Source of the DNA: an uncultured Actinomycetota bacterium
Lineage (GTDB): Bacteria > Actinomycetota > Thermoleophilia > Solirubrobacterales > Solirubrobacteraceae
Direction: 5' to 3'
DNA length: 64,000 bases
Assembly (NCBI GenBank): GCA_963790605.1
Contig: CAWBPG010000006.1
Coordinates: 175,994-239,993, forward strand
The notes under the pieces are model-generated. The model was not told the origin of the DNA and made no database searches. It saw only the letters and a program-made list of their open reading frames with translations. Below, piece after piece: positions 1-11,514 of this stretch. How positions within the stretch are numbered: the stretch's first letter is position 1; each line of letters begins with the position of its first letter. The translations under genes and the position numbers were made by a program.

Positions 1-379
1 GCTCGTTTTCCGGCGTCGTGCTGCCTGCGGGCTGAGCCGTGTCGGTCGCCATTCTCGGTTGCTTCCCTTTCGTCGATGAGCGCCGGGATCTCCGCTGCGC
101 TCCACTCTTCCGGGCCGTGCGGGATCGCCGCGGGCCCGCCGATGGGCTGGGGCGAGCTTACTCCTCGCTCATGGGCGGGTTGCGAGCCAGGAGGACGCGA
201 TCGGGGCAGATCGGGCCCGCCACGACGTGCAATTGGAGGCACGCCTGACCCGATCTCGGAAGTTCGCAAAGTCCGCGACCCAGAGTTCACAATTCGGCCA
301 CAAAGAGGTCTAAACTGACGAAATCGACCGATCGGTCGAAGTCGATTGATCGCTAAGGATGGTTTGGAAGGGCGGGCAG

Positions 380-1592
380 ATGTCGAGGGGCATGAGCACA
401 CTGGTCGATGGCACCCGTGCTGCTGTTGAGCAGCTTGGCCTCGGCGTGCTGCTCGAAGAGCGAGGCGATCCGGCGAGCGCCGAGCTCGCCTACCGCGAAG
501 CCGACTGCACTTCGGCCACCCGGCCGCCGCCCTGAACCTTGGCGTCCTCTACGAGGCGCGCGGAGACGTGCGTGCGGCGCAGGCGTGTTACAGGCGCGCC
601 CAAAAGCGCGGCGACGAGAACGGCGCCTTCAACCTGGGGGCGCTGCTGGAGGAGCGCGGTGATCTCGCCGGTGCCGAGCGCGCGTACACGTCGCGGACGC
701 GGCTGGCCACGCTCAGGCCGCGAGCCGGCTGGCCGCCATCCTCGCGGCCCGCGGTGACGTCGACGGTGCGCACGCGGCACGACGGCGCGCGCAGGAGCGC
801 GGCGACGTTGCGGGCGCCGGGCGCTCTGCCAATGCTCGCCCTGCTGCCAACGTGCGCTGCGCGGTGGGCCGCGCGGAGACGCGCCGTCCTCGTCCTCGCC
901 ACGTCGGTGGCCGTCGCTCATCGGCGTGCTGGTCGCGCGCTCGGACCCGAACACTGGCCGGGACGCCTTCGACGCCCGACGCGGCGCTGGCCGACAACGC
1001 GCGGCCGGCTGCGCAGCCCTCGACGGGCTCGGGCGCGAGCTCCGCGGCGTCGGCTAAGCGCAGCACCTCGCATCGCGCCGTCGCGACATCCAAGGCGAAG
1101 CCGGTGCGGGTCCGGGCCCACCCGTCGCATCCCGTACGTGCTCCACGCTCAGGTCAAGGCGCGTGTGCGCGCGCCGACGCACATCTCCAGTCCGGTCACG
1201 ACCCACTCGAGCCCGGTCACGACCCACTCGAGCCCGGTCTCCACCGGCTCGGGCTCGACGGGGACCTCGGCGCCCACCGTCACGCACACCCCGGCGGCCA
1301 CGCCGACCCCGACCCACGCGGCGCCGCCTCCGGTCACGCCGACCCACTCAACCCCGCCGCCGGCGACTCATCCGAGCGGTGGAGGACCGGGGAACGGCGT
1401 TGCCAGTGGCGGAGGTCCGCCCAGCAGCGGCTCGTCGGGTAGCGGCGTCGCCAGCGGCGGAGGCCCGCCGTCTGGCAGCGGCAGCTCGGGCAGCGGGACC
1501 GCGGGCAGCGGCAGCTCGGGCAGCGGGACCGCGGCAGCGGCAGCTCGGGCAGCGGGACCCCCGCCACCGGCGCGGCGAGCGGCCAGAACTAG
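380..1592 (+). CDS. TPR/Sel1-like repeat protein with Pro/Thr- and Gly/Ser-rich tail (frameshifted)
   Basis: Repeats LGVLLEERGD..AELAYR, NLGVLYEARGD..AQACYRRA, FNLGALLEERGD..AERAY across frames; low-complexity C-terminus; end uncertain (1592 or 1713). Confidence 0.6.
1474..1560 (+). repeat. ~30-bp tandem repeat x3 encoding GSGSSGSGTA
   Basis: ggcagcggcagctcgggcagcgggaccgcg repeated. Confidence 0.85.
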
Positions 1593-2538
1593 CCGGTCGC
1601 CTCGGCCGCCGTCTGTTCCAGCGTGGGTGGCGCCAGCAGCTCGTCCAGCGCCGCGTGAAGGCGCTCAGGGTCGTGTGACCCAGAATCGGACGCGCTCCGG
1701 AGCGGGCGCGTAACTGACTGGATCCCGAGCGCCGCCAGCTCGGAGGCATTGAATGCGAGCGTGGCCGAGGGGTCGTGCAGCACCGCATCGACGCGGACGC
1801 CGTGCAGACGCAGCGCGAGCAGATGATCGGCCGCGGTCAAGTCCGGGTGCGTCATCCGGATCAGGCACGAGGTTCGCGATCCAGACCACCCGTGCGGAGG
1901 TGCTGGTCAGCGCAGCCGCGAGGTCGGGGACCGCGCACGTCGAAAGGATGTGCCTGTACAACCCGCCCGGCGTCAGCAGCACCCATCGCGCGCTCCGGAT
2001 GGCGACGACCGCCGCCTCCGGTGAGTCGGTCTGGCCGTCCGCGAACCGGAGCCGTTTGACCGAGCGCCCCCGGTTGCCCAGCCGGCTGGCCCGTCGCCGT
2101 CAGGCCGATCTCCTCGATCTGTCGCCTCGCCGGCTCGATGGTGGCGGGTAGCACCGCTCCCTCGATGCCGAGCTGATCCCCGAGCCATATGCTCGCGCGC
2201 CCGTAGCCCCCCAACGCGTCGGCGGCGGCAGCCAGTGTGAGGTTGCCCAATGGATGCCGGCCGACGCCATCGACGGTCAGCGGTCGCCGGATGGCATGCA
2301 GGAGCGCCGCATCCTCGTCGCTCAACGCCTCAAGTGAGCGTCGCAGGTCTTCGACCGGACCTGTGAGGCGCGGTCCCGCGCCGTCCTCCCACTGCCCCTC
2401 GTCGGCGATGCTCGTGATCACCGTCAGGCGAGTATCCGCAATGCGCAGTGCGGACAACACACAGGCCAGGCCGCGACCGCCCCCGAGAGCCACAACCTGG
2501 TCGTTTGATCCTCCGTGTTCTGCCAAGGCTGTCCCCAC
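1589..2538 (-). CDS. YvcK/CofD (UPF0052) family protein (frameshifted)
   Basis: VVALGGGRGL..LSALR, HPLGNL, LLTPGGLYRHIL, VWIANL, HDPERL in three joined frames. Confidence 0.8.
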
Positions 2539-2617
2539 GCCCTTCCAAACGCGTGTCAGCGTGATTACCGCACGAGTGGCGCAACCACGTCAACGGGATG
2601 TCTGAGCCATCCTGCGT

Positions 2618-2959
2618 TCATAGTTGATCAGATCGCGTCGGCTGCGCTTCGTGCCGGGCCAGGTCCTGCAATGCCGCCACCGACCGCCGAAACGCCTCGC
2701 GCGCCGCCCCGAGTTCGTCGCGCTCGCGGAGCGCTCGGCGGAGGTCTTCAGCTGCTGCCCCGTCACCCTTGAGGAGCTCGAGCAGCCGATCATGCAGCCG
2801 GTGATACTCGAAGTCCAGCTTGAGGGCATACGCGCTCAGGTTGGTGATCGCGTCGTCTGCGCGCTTGCCGGGGTCGTCGCCCCGCGCGGCAGCCCCGAGG
2901 TTCGTGCCGTGGCGGATCCGTCGCCTGGGGTCGTGGTGAGAGTCGATATTGGTGATCAT
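2618..2959 (-). CDS. small coiled-coil hypothetical protein
   Basis: Helical heptad-like ORF (MITNIDSH...LSAYALKLDFEYHRLHDRLLELL). Confidence 0.5.
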   Translation of the reverse strand: MITNIDSHHDPRRRIRHGTNLGAAARGDDPGKRADDAITNLSAYALKLDFEYHRLHDRLLELLKGDGAAAEDLRRALRERDELGAAREAFRRSVAALQDLARHEAQPTRSDQL

Positions 2960-3262
2960 GCTCGCGAGCGCGCTGCGCCCTCCTCGCGTTGGCATGAGTG
3001 TGACTGCCTGGCCGACCGAGGTATATAGGTCAGGTCGGGATAAAGAGTTCACGGGTGTGAACGCCCTCACACCGCGAGGCCGATCGATCGGACCTAGCCG
3101 CCGTTCACTCATGAACTCAGGACGGGAGAGAAGGGCCATTGGCGGAATGCCGTTCACCCAACACACTTCCCGCGTGGGGAATCGGCAGCGGAGGAGCCTG
3201 CTGTTGCGGGGCACTTGGCATTACGGGTACGAACTGAATCACAGACGAATCGGCGGTACTGC

Positions 3263-4892
3263 ATGAGGCGCATCGGGGCGATGGCGCTGGTGTTATGGGC
3301 AGGGCTTGCGTTCGTCGTGGGAGCTCAGGCGAAGCCCAAGCATCAGCCGTTGAAGTGCAAGGCGGGCTATGCGCGTCGCGGTGTGTGGATCCCCAAGCGG
3401 GTGCACGGCCGGATCGTGCGCCGCCACGGCCGGATCGTCCGCATCAAGGTCCAGCGCTGCGTCAGGACGCCCAAGCCCAAGCCGGCGTCACCCGTTCCGC
3501 CTCCGGCCGGTACCCCTACGACTCCGACGACGTCGCAGCCGCCGGTGACCCCGACAGGCCCGTCGCCGACCACCACGACGATCTCGTCGCCCACACCCCC
3601 TCCGCCTCCGCCACCGGTCACCGGCGACCCTGTCGTCGTGGCGGTGGGGGACATCGCACGTCCTCCCGGTTGTGCCCCCAATTGCGAGCAGTCAGCGACC
3701 GCCGCGCTCGCACAGGCCTTCAACCCCGCCGCGGTCTTGGTGCTGGGCGATAACCAGTACGAGGAGCCGGAGGAAGGCGTCGACAGCGACAACGACTACA
3801 TGGGGTCCTATGACCTCACATGGGGACGTGATTTCAACTCGATCGTGCACCCCGTTCCGGGGAACCACGAGTACCTCGGCTCCGACGCGGCCGGCTACTT
3901 CACGTACTTCGGCGATCACGGCGTCACGACCAACCCGCCGGGCGGCTACTACTCGTTCAACCTCGGCAATTGGCACATCATCGCGCTCAACTCCAACTGC
4001 TCCGACCAGAACGGTTGCTCGGATGCCATCGACGGGAGGCACGACGTCAGCCCAGCGGACGTGGCTGCAGCACCGATCTGGCAGCGAACGGGCGGCCAAC
4101 CCCACGCATGCGTGCTCGCCATGTGGCACCACCCCCTGTTCTCCTGCTGGACTCTGGGACCCTGGGGTGGCCCGAAGGTGGCGCAGCTGTACACCGCCCT
4201 GTACAACGCGCACGCCGACGTGGTGCTCAACGGGCACGATCACCTCTACGAGCGCTACGCGCAGCAGGATCCATCCGGTAACGAGATCCACGAGCGGCAT
4301 CCGCGAGTTTGTGGTGGGAACCGGCGGCGAGGGCCTAAACGGGCGCGAACGCGAGACAGTCCACCCTGCGACGCTGCAAGTCCCAGCACAGCGATTACGG
4401 CGTGCTGGTGCTCACGCTTCACGCCAGCAGCTATTCCTGGAAGTTCGTCGCGACGAGCGGCGTGATCATTGACAGCGGCACCACCGCCTGTCACGGCCCC
4501 GGGGCGTCCACCGCGGCGGTCGGCGCCCGTGCCTCGCGCTGCCCGCTGTTGTCGTTGCCAGGCTGACGGGCCCCCGCTCGATCTTCGACGCTCGCCCGCT
4601 TTGGCGTTCGCTGGCTTTGGTGAAGCGGGCAGGCCTCGGAGTGGCGATCCTCGCCTCCCGGGCGGTCGATGTCGTCGTGACGGCCTGGCTACGTCACGGG
4701 CACCGGTTGACACGGCTCGCGTCCTTCTACGAGACCGAGTCGCAGATCACCCAACCACACAGCGTGATCCGCCTTCATCTTCCCGCTCGCCGCCTGGAAG
4801 GCGTGAGGGTCGGCACGCTCATCCTGCGGTTCGCGGCCGAGGACGGGGCCGGACATCGACACACGGTGACGCGGACCGTCGGGCTCCGTTAA
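3263..4892 (+). CDS. secreted calcineurin-like metallophosphoesterase (frameshifted)
   Basis: Signal peptide, Pro/Thr linker, VGD, LGDNQY, PGNHEY, WHHP, NGHDH, REFVVGTGG motifs. Confidence 0.85.
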
Positions 4893-4949
4893 CGCATGGG
4901 CTCCTACGGATTCATGGCTGGTTTCGGGAAGCACCTGTGCGCCGTGACC

Positions 4950-6165
4950 ATGCGTGCTGTTTCCGTGCTGCTCGCCAGTTTGTGCGTCGCGGCGTCGGCC
5001 ACGGCCGCAGTCGGAGCGGCCACGGCGACGACGGCGGCAGCCGGCTTGGGAGCGACCGCGGGGACGGCAGCGCGCGACCGGGGCGGGGCAGGCCTCGGCC
5101 GGGTCGATGACGACGTCCGCTGCTCCCGCGCCCGTTACCACCACGAGCACCACGACGACCCCGCCGCCCGCCACACCCTCGACGACCACCACATCGCCCA
5201 GCACCCCCACCACCACCCCGCCCGCTGCTAGCGCTTCGCCACCGCCCGGGACAACCTCCACGACGAACCCGCCGCCGCCGGCCGCTTCCGTGACCCCGCC
5301 GCCCGCCAGCCAGCCCTGCACGGGCGGATCCACCAGCGGAGCGACCGCCGGAGCGACGGCGAGCAGGAGCAACGTCATCCCCGACGACGGCGTCGTGCGG
5401 AGCCGCCGCCGGCGGGCGTCCCCGCAGCCAGCGTCACGGCAACCACAGGGGCTGTCGTCACCGGGGATGATGCTGCCCAGACTGGTCCGGCCGCGCCGCC
5501 AGACGTCTCCTCACCGGGTCTGGGTGGTGGCGCGGACGCTCCAGTGGCGATGCCGGCGCCACCGTCGACCCGCAGCGTGCCGTCGCGCCCGTCAGGAACG
5601 CGGACGCCGTCGGCGCTCCACGGCGGCGGATCCGGCGTGCGCCTGCTGGCGAGGTTCCCGGCCCGCGAGGCCGGCGGAACGCGCAGGCGCAGCACCGGGT
5701 CTCAGCGGACAAGCGTTCAACGGGCCGCCAACGCGTCGCCCAGGGCAGGATCAGCGCACCGGCCGGGGGCTGCACGCACCGCCGTCGAATCCGCTGATGC
5801 CACATGTCGGCGGTGCGAGCGCGACCGGGACTCCCGCGACATCGGCGGCGTCCGGTCGGACCGTGCGTGGCTCATCGGCGGCCTTCTCGCGTACGGGCGC
5901 GCGTCCTCACGGCTTGAGGCGACGCGACAACGGCTCATCCCTCGCTCAGGTCGCGTCTCCACGGCCCGATCTCTCTCCGTCCCGTCATGGCGGGCGACCG
6001 ACCCGGGGTGTAGGTGTGGCCGTGCCCGGAGGAACGGCCGCGCCCAGCTCCCTCATGGTCAGGATTGGATTCGCACGCGTGGCGGCGAGTTGGCTCGCCG
6101 GTGTGACCGGAGAGGCCATCCACCTTCGCTTCCCCGTCACCCATCGGCTGGAGCGGCCTGGATAA
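4950..6165 (+). CDS. secreted Pro/Thr-rich hypothetical protein (frame uncertain)
   Basis: Signal-like N-terminus MRAVSVLLASLCVAASATA, Thr/Pro-rich stretch. Confidence 0.35.
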
Positions 6166-6295
6166 CCCGCTGACGGCGCGTAGCCGTCAGGCACGTACGG
6201 CCTCGGCTCGGAGCCGGGGCAGAGCAGCTCGATTGCGACGAGCGAATTGGTCAGATCGCGATCGACCCGGGTTACTTCACACGAGGGGCAAGACG

Positions 6296-7060
6296 ATGGA
6301 CAAGAAAAGACAGCTGGACAACAGAGGTGGGGGAGAATCACGGCATAGGTCGTCGGCGGCGAAGGCGATCGGTTACGCGAGCTGCGCTCTCCCCGGCAGT
6401 GCCGCCGCGCTCGAGCTCAAGCAGCAGGCAGAGGTGATCACGCGCGAGTGCAAGCGTCGCGGGATCGAGTTGCTCGAGGTGGTGGGAGAGCACAGTTCGA
6501 AGGGAGGCAGGGCGCGGAGTCGCCCGGGTCTCGAGTACGCGCTGGACCGACTCGACTCTGGCGCAGCGAGCGGCTTGGTGGTTGTCGAGCTCTCTCGCCT
6601 CACACAGTCGGTGAACGAGCTCGGCAGGACCATCCAGTGGCTGCTTGATCGCCAGGTGCGCCTCATCGCGTCCGTCGACGCGCTTGACACCGACACCGAG
6701 GGCGGCCGGCTCGCCGCCGGTCTGCTGGTCGCCGTGTCCGGGTGGGAGCGGAGCAGGATCAGCGAGCGGACCCGGCATGGCCTTCAGGCAGCACGACTGA
6801 ACGGGCGTGCCGTCGGTCGTCCAGCGGTTGCGGATGACCCGGATCTCAGCCAACGGATCGCGGCAATGCGAGCGGAAGGCATGACCCTCCAGGCCATCGC
6901 CGATCAGCTCAACGATGAGGGGGTCCCGACCGTCCGCGGTGGGGCCAAGTGGCGTCATTCGAGCGTCCAGGCCGCTGCGGGCTATCGCCGGCGCGAGCGA
7001 TCGGGACGCGAGACCGTGCTGAGCCGCCCGATCGCCGCCGGCGACCAGCGCAGCGCATGA
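6296..7060 (+). CDS. serine recombinase family protein (resolvase + recombinase DNA-binding domain), degenerate active site
   Basis: SRPGL..AL, LVVVELSRL, WERSRISERT, GRP, GMTLQAIADQLNDEGVPT.RGG.W. Confidence 0.8.
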   Translation: MDKKRQLDNRGGGESRHRSSAAKAIGYASCALPGSAAALELKQQAEVITRECKRRGIELLEVVGEHSSKGGRARSRPGLEYALDRLDSGAASGLVVVELSRLTQSVNELGRTIQWLLDRQVRLIASVDALDTDTEGGRLAAGLLVAVSGWERSRISERTRHGLQAARLNGRAVGRPAVADDPDLSQRIAAMRAEGMTLQAIADQLNDEGVPTVRGGAKWRHSSVQAAAGYRRRERSGRETVLSRPIAAGDQRSA

Positions 7061-7069
7061 TGGGAGATC

Positions 7070-8062
7070 GTGCGTGACATGAGGGCACCGTCAGTCCGGC
7101 TGCGGTTCGGGGCGGCACTTGCTGCGTTCAGCCTGATCTCGGGTGGTCTCGTGGTCGCCGGGACGACATCCGCTGGCACTGCCGTCACGAAACGCACAGG
7201 GACCGGTCACCGGGTCCCGGGCTCCCGAGCGCACACCCCGACGGCGCGACGCGCCGGCACCGGCGTAGGCCCGTGCCCGAGCTCCGTCCCAGGGCAGACA
7301 TTGACAGTCGGCCACAAGGGGTACGCGCGCGAGGGCATGGATACCTTCACCAAGAACGCCCGACTCGGGTCGTTTCACCAGCGGAAAGCCGACGCGATCG
7401 TCTACACCGGCGACCATGGGATGCGGTGGACAGGCTATCCCGACGGCTGGCCCTCCACGTACTCGGGTCACGCGGAGGGATATCAGCCGTCAACCGTGTT
7501 GTCGGTACACAACGGGATGCTTGATTTCCATCTGCACAACGACGCCGAGGGGAACCCCGTGGGGGCCGACCCATCGCCTTTGCCGGACGGCAAGCGCTAT
7601 CAGACATACGGCGCCTGGTCACTGTGCGAACGAGTGGCGCCGGCTGACGCCCACAATCTCGCGGACTTCCATCAGGCTGTGCTGCTGTGGCCGCTCAAAT
7701 TCCGTGACTGGCTCCGGGCGGAATCCGACTACCCCGAGCAGAACCTCAACACGTTCGACTTCGCCGGCTATTCGCACTACGGCGGGGCCGGGGCCCAGGA
7801 GGTCTTCGACATCCAGGCGATGACACCGCGCTTTGACGCCAGGCAATGGCATGTCTATACACAGACCTGGGGTCCGGGGTTCCGCTCCTACTATGTGGAC
7901 GGCAGGCTGGTGGGAACCACCACGCGCCAGGTGTGGTCTCAACCGGAGCGTTGGCAGTTGCAGATCGAGCCATTGGGCCCGATGGGCCCCGTTCCCAACG
8001 ACGGCGACTCGGGCCACGTCTACATGAAGTGGGTGTGGATCGGGAGGGGCCCGCTGCGCTGA
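7070..8062 (+). CDS. secreted GH16-like (ConA-fold) glycoside hydrolase, copy 1
   Basis: Signal peptide; ExDxxE motif (ESDYPE); WHVYTQTWGPG..YYVDGRLVG. Confidence 0.7.
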   Translation: MRDMRAPSVRLRFGAALAAFSLISGGLVVAGTTSAGTAVTKRTGTGHRVPGSRAHTPTARRAGTGVGPCPSSVPGQTLTVGHKGYAREGMDTFTKNARLGSFHQRKADAIVYTGDHGMRWTGYPDGWPSTYSGHAEGYQPSTVLSVHNGMLDFHLHNDAEGNPVGADPSPLPDGKRYQTYGAWSLCERVAPADAHNLADFHQAVLLWPLKFRDWLRAESDYPEQNLNTFDFAGYSHYGGAGAQEVFDIQAMTPRFDARQWHVYTQTWGPGFRSYYVDGRLVGTTTRQVWSQPERWQLQIEPLGPMGPVPNDGDSGHVYMKWVWIGRGPLR

Positions 8063-8405
8063 TCTTCAGGCGCGCGGCCGGCGAAGACGAGTAGGAATGC
8101 GCGCAGCCGGGTAGCAGGAGGCTGCTCTTCATCGCCCACCCGCGCGGCGCGCGCGCAACCGACAGGGATCGATGCTGAAGCAGGTCGCCTACGCGTCCAC
8201 GGCGACGGGTGGTAATGTGCCCGGCCCGCGACAAACGGCCACCGTCGTCCCGAATCTAAGAGGGAGCTAATCAACTCTCTTTTTGGGACACCGACGGACG
8301 CGTCTCGGTTCCCGCTCTGCTCCGGCATCCGAGTCCGGCCGGTACCGAATCCAGCAACCACGGACGGCGAACGCGACCGCACGGCCACAAGGAGGGATCC
8401 ATCCC

Positions 8406-9447
8406 GTGAGACGCTTCCTGATTGTCGTATGTGTACTCGTTGCGGGCGTTCTCGCCGCGGCAGCGACTGTCTGGGCGAGCACGACGCCCGCCCATAAACG
8501 CTCCGATCACGCTCATCCTGCCGTCCACCACCGGCGTCGTCTTCGTGCTCGCACGCGCCATCATCGCCGCCGCCACCGCCGGCACCGTCGGCACGTCCAT
8601 CACCGCAAGCACAAGCGTCCCACCCATCGCAAGAAGGCGACAGCCGGTCGCGCCCGCACCCACCCCGCCCGCGGTTCCCACGGTGGCGAACACGAGCAAG
8701 ATCCAGCATGTTGTGTGGATTCTCATGGAGAACGAGGACTTCGGCTCGGTCATCGGTTCTGGCTCGGCTCCGTTCATCAACAGCCTGGCGAACACCTACG
8801 GTGTGGCGACCGACTACTCCGCCATCTCCCACCCGAGCCTGCCCAACTACGTCGCGTTGACCAGCGGGAGCGATCAGGGCATCAGCGATGATTCCGACCC
8901 CTCCAGTCACCCGTTGAACGTGCCGAGCATCTTCAGCCAGCTCCCGGGCGGCGCGTCTCGATCACTGGAGCAGGACATGCCGTCGAATTGCGCACGGGGC
9001 GACTCGAGCGAGTATGCCGTTCGCCACAACCCCGAAACGTATTACACAAACCTCGGAACGGATTGCAACAACTACGACGTGCCCCTGGGTCCCGTGCCGG
9101 ATCTCAGCGCGCGTTTCACGTTCGTGACGCCGAACCTGATCAATGACATGCACGACGGGACCATGGGTGATGGGGACAGGTTCCTGCAGGGCTTTCTTCC
9201 GGCACTCATCGCCACCCCGCAATACCAATCGGGCAACACGGCGATCTTCATCACCTGGGACGAGAGTTCGGGCTCGAGCGGCAACCAGGTTCCGTGCATC
9301 GTGATCTCGCCGTACACACACGCCGTCAAGGACGCCACACCCTACAGCCACTACTCGCTGCTGCGCACCACGGAGGAACTGCTCGGGCTCCCGCTCCTCG
9401 GGAACGCCGCCTCGGCCACCTCGATGCTCGGCAAGTTTGGATTCTGA
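8406..9447 (+). CDS. secreted phosphoesterase (acid phosphatase/PLC-like), copy 1 (frameshifted)
   Basis: HVVWILMEN, HPSLPNY, RHNP, TPNLINDMHD, ITWDE, HYSLLRT. Confidence 0.85.
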
Positions 9448-9449
9448 TC

Positions 9450-10391
9450 ATGGCAGCCGAGCACCGTCCGGACGCGATGAAGCGTGCACCCATGAGACGA
9501 CTGGCGGCCGCCGGCGGCCTAGCAGGGCTGCTGTTACTGCTCGGCTGCGCGGCGCCTGGCGTGGCTCACGATCAGCGGCCTCGTCATCAGGTGCGAGAGC
9601 ACCCGGCCGTGGCCCGCCAACCGAACGCGCGGGCCCGACACAAGATCCAACACGTCGTGTGGATCCTCATGGAGAACAAGGACTATTCCTCAGTCGTCGG
9701 TTCCGGCTCGGCGCCGTACATCAACCGTCTCGCACACGGCTACGGCGTGGCGACCGACTACTCCGCGATCTCCCATCCGAGTCTGCCCAACTACATCGCG
9801 TTGACGAGCGGGAGCGATCAGGGGATCAGCGATGATTCCGACCCCTCCAGTCATCGGCTGAACGTCCCGAGCATCTTCAGCCAACTGCCCGGGGGTGCGT
9901 CGCGGTCGCTGGAGCAGGGCATGCGGTCCAACTGCGCCAAAGGCGACTCCGGCGAGTACGCGGTGCGGCACAACCCGGAGACGTATTACACGAATCTGGG
10001 CCAGGAATGCAGCCAGATACGATGTGCCGTTCGGCGCAAAGCCGGACCTCAGCGCGCGATTCACGTTCGTGACGCCGAACCTGATCAATGACATGCACGA
10101 CGGATCGATCGCTGACGGAGACAGGTTTCTGCAGAGCTACGTGCCGGCACTCATGGCCACCCGCAGTACCGCTCCCGGAATACGGTGATCTTCATCACGT
10201 GGGACGAGAACGAAGGCGCGAGCGATAACCGGGTCCCGTGCATCGTGATCTCGCCCTTCACGCACGGGATGACGAGCGGCGCGCGCTACACCCACTATTC
10301 GCTGCTGCGTACGACCGAGGCGCTGCTCGGGCTTCCGCTCCTGGGCAACGCGCGGTCTGCCAACTCGATGATCGGCAAGTTCGGCTTCTAG
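9450..10391 (+). CDS. secreted phosphoesterase, copy 2 (frameshifted)
   Basis: Same motifs; very similar to copy 1. Confidence 0.85.
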
Positions 10392-10439
10392 GACGATCCG
10401 GTCCTGACGCCACGCCTGACGCCACGAGGAGCTGCACCC

Positions 10440-11514
10440 GTGAGACGAATCTGGATAGTCGCTGGTCTGGCCATGGCGGTGCTGCTTCCCGGGCCGTACC
10501 GGCCGTCGCCGGTGAGCAGCCACGCTCAGCCCGTGCAGCCCACCCCAGCCGCACCCACAAGCGCACCCGTCACCACAAGCGCACGTCGCCACCACAAGCG
10601 CACCCGCCATCACAAGCGTGTTCGCCATCACAAGCACAAGCGCCACCGCCGGCATCGCCACAAGAACCCGCCCAAGGTCACCCCGCCCGCCACGCCGGTG
10701 CCGCCTGCGCCCCCGGCACCCGCGTCCTACGCCGGGCCGTGCCCGACGGCGCCACCCGGGAGCGCGCTGGCGCTCGGCGGCAGGACCTATGCGCTCGAGG
10801 GGATGGACACGTTCACCAAGGCAGCGCCGCTCGGCTCCTTCGCGCAGAGCTCGAACAACCAGATCGTCTACGTCGGTGACCACGGGATGAGCTGGACCGG
10901 ATACGGCGACGGCTGGACCTCGACGTACACCGGCGGCAAGGAGGGCTATCAGCCCTCGACCGTGCTGTCGGTCCACGACGGAATGCTGGATTTCCACCTG
11001 CACAACGACACGCAACGGCAATCCGGTGGGCGCCAATCCGTCGCCACTGCCCGGGGGAAACCGCTACCAGACCTATGGGGTCGTGGTCCTTCTGCGAGAG
11101 GATGGTTCCGGCCGACTCCCACAACCTCGACGACTTCTATCAGGCGCCCCTGCTCTGGCCGCCAGAACGACTCTGACTCGCCGTCAGCGGAGTCGGACTT
11201 CCCCGAGGGCAATCTGGCCGGTCCCGACTTCAAGGGCTTCTCGCACTACGGGGGATCCGGAGCGCAGGACTATTTCTCCATCCGAGGCCGTGATGCCCAC
11301 CTTTGCCGCCACGCAGTGGCATGTCTACACGCAGGAGTGGGGGCCGGGGTTCCGGTCCTACTACGTCGACGGCCAGCTGGTCGGCACGAGCACCCACCAG
11401 GTGTGGGCCGGCCCGGAGCGCTGGCAGTTGCAGGTCGAACCGTCGGGTACGAACGACGGCGATTCCGGCGACGTTCTCATCGGGTGGGTGTGGATTGGTA
11501 GCCCTACGTCATGA
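10440..11514 (+). CDS. secreted GH16-like glycoside hydrolase, copy 2 (frameshifted)
   Basis: Paralog of 7070-8062; ESDFPE, WHVYTQEWGPG..YYVDG. Confidence 0.7.

Noticed and set aside
240-360. c-di-GMP-I riboswitch (gcaaag..ggtctaa)
   Set aside because: Could not build the required stems
1189-1560. Short tandem repeats as a CRISPR array
   Set aside because: No unique spacers or cas genes; 21- and 30-bp units encode low-complexity peptide
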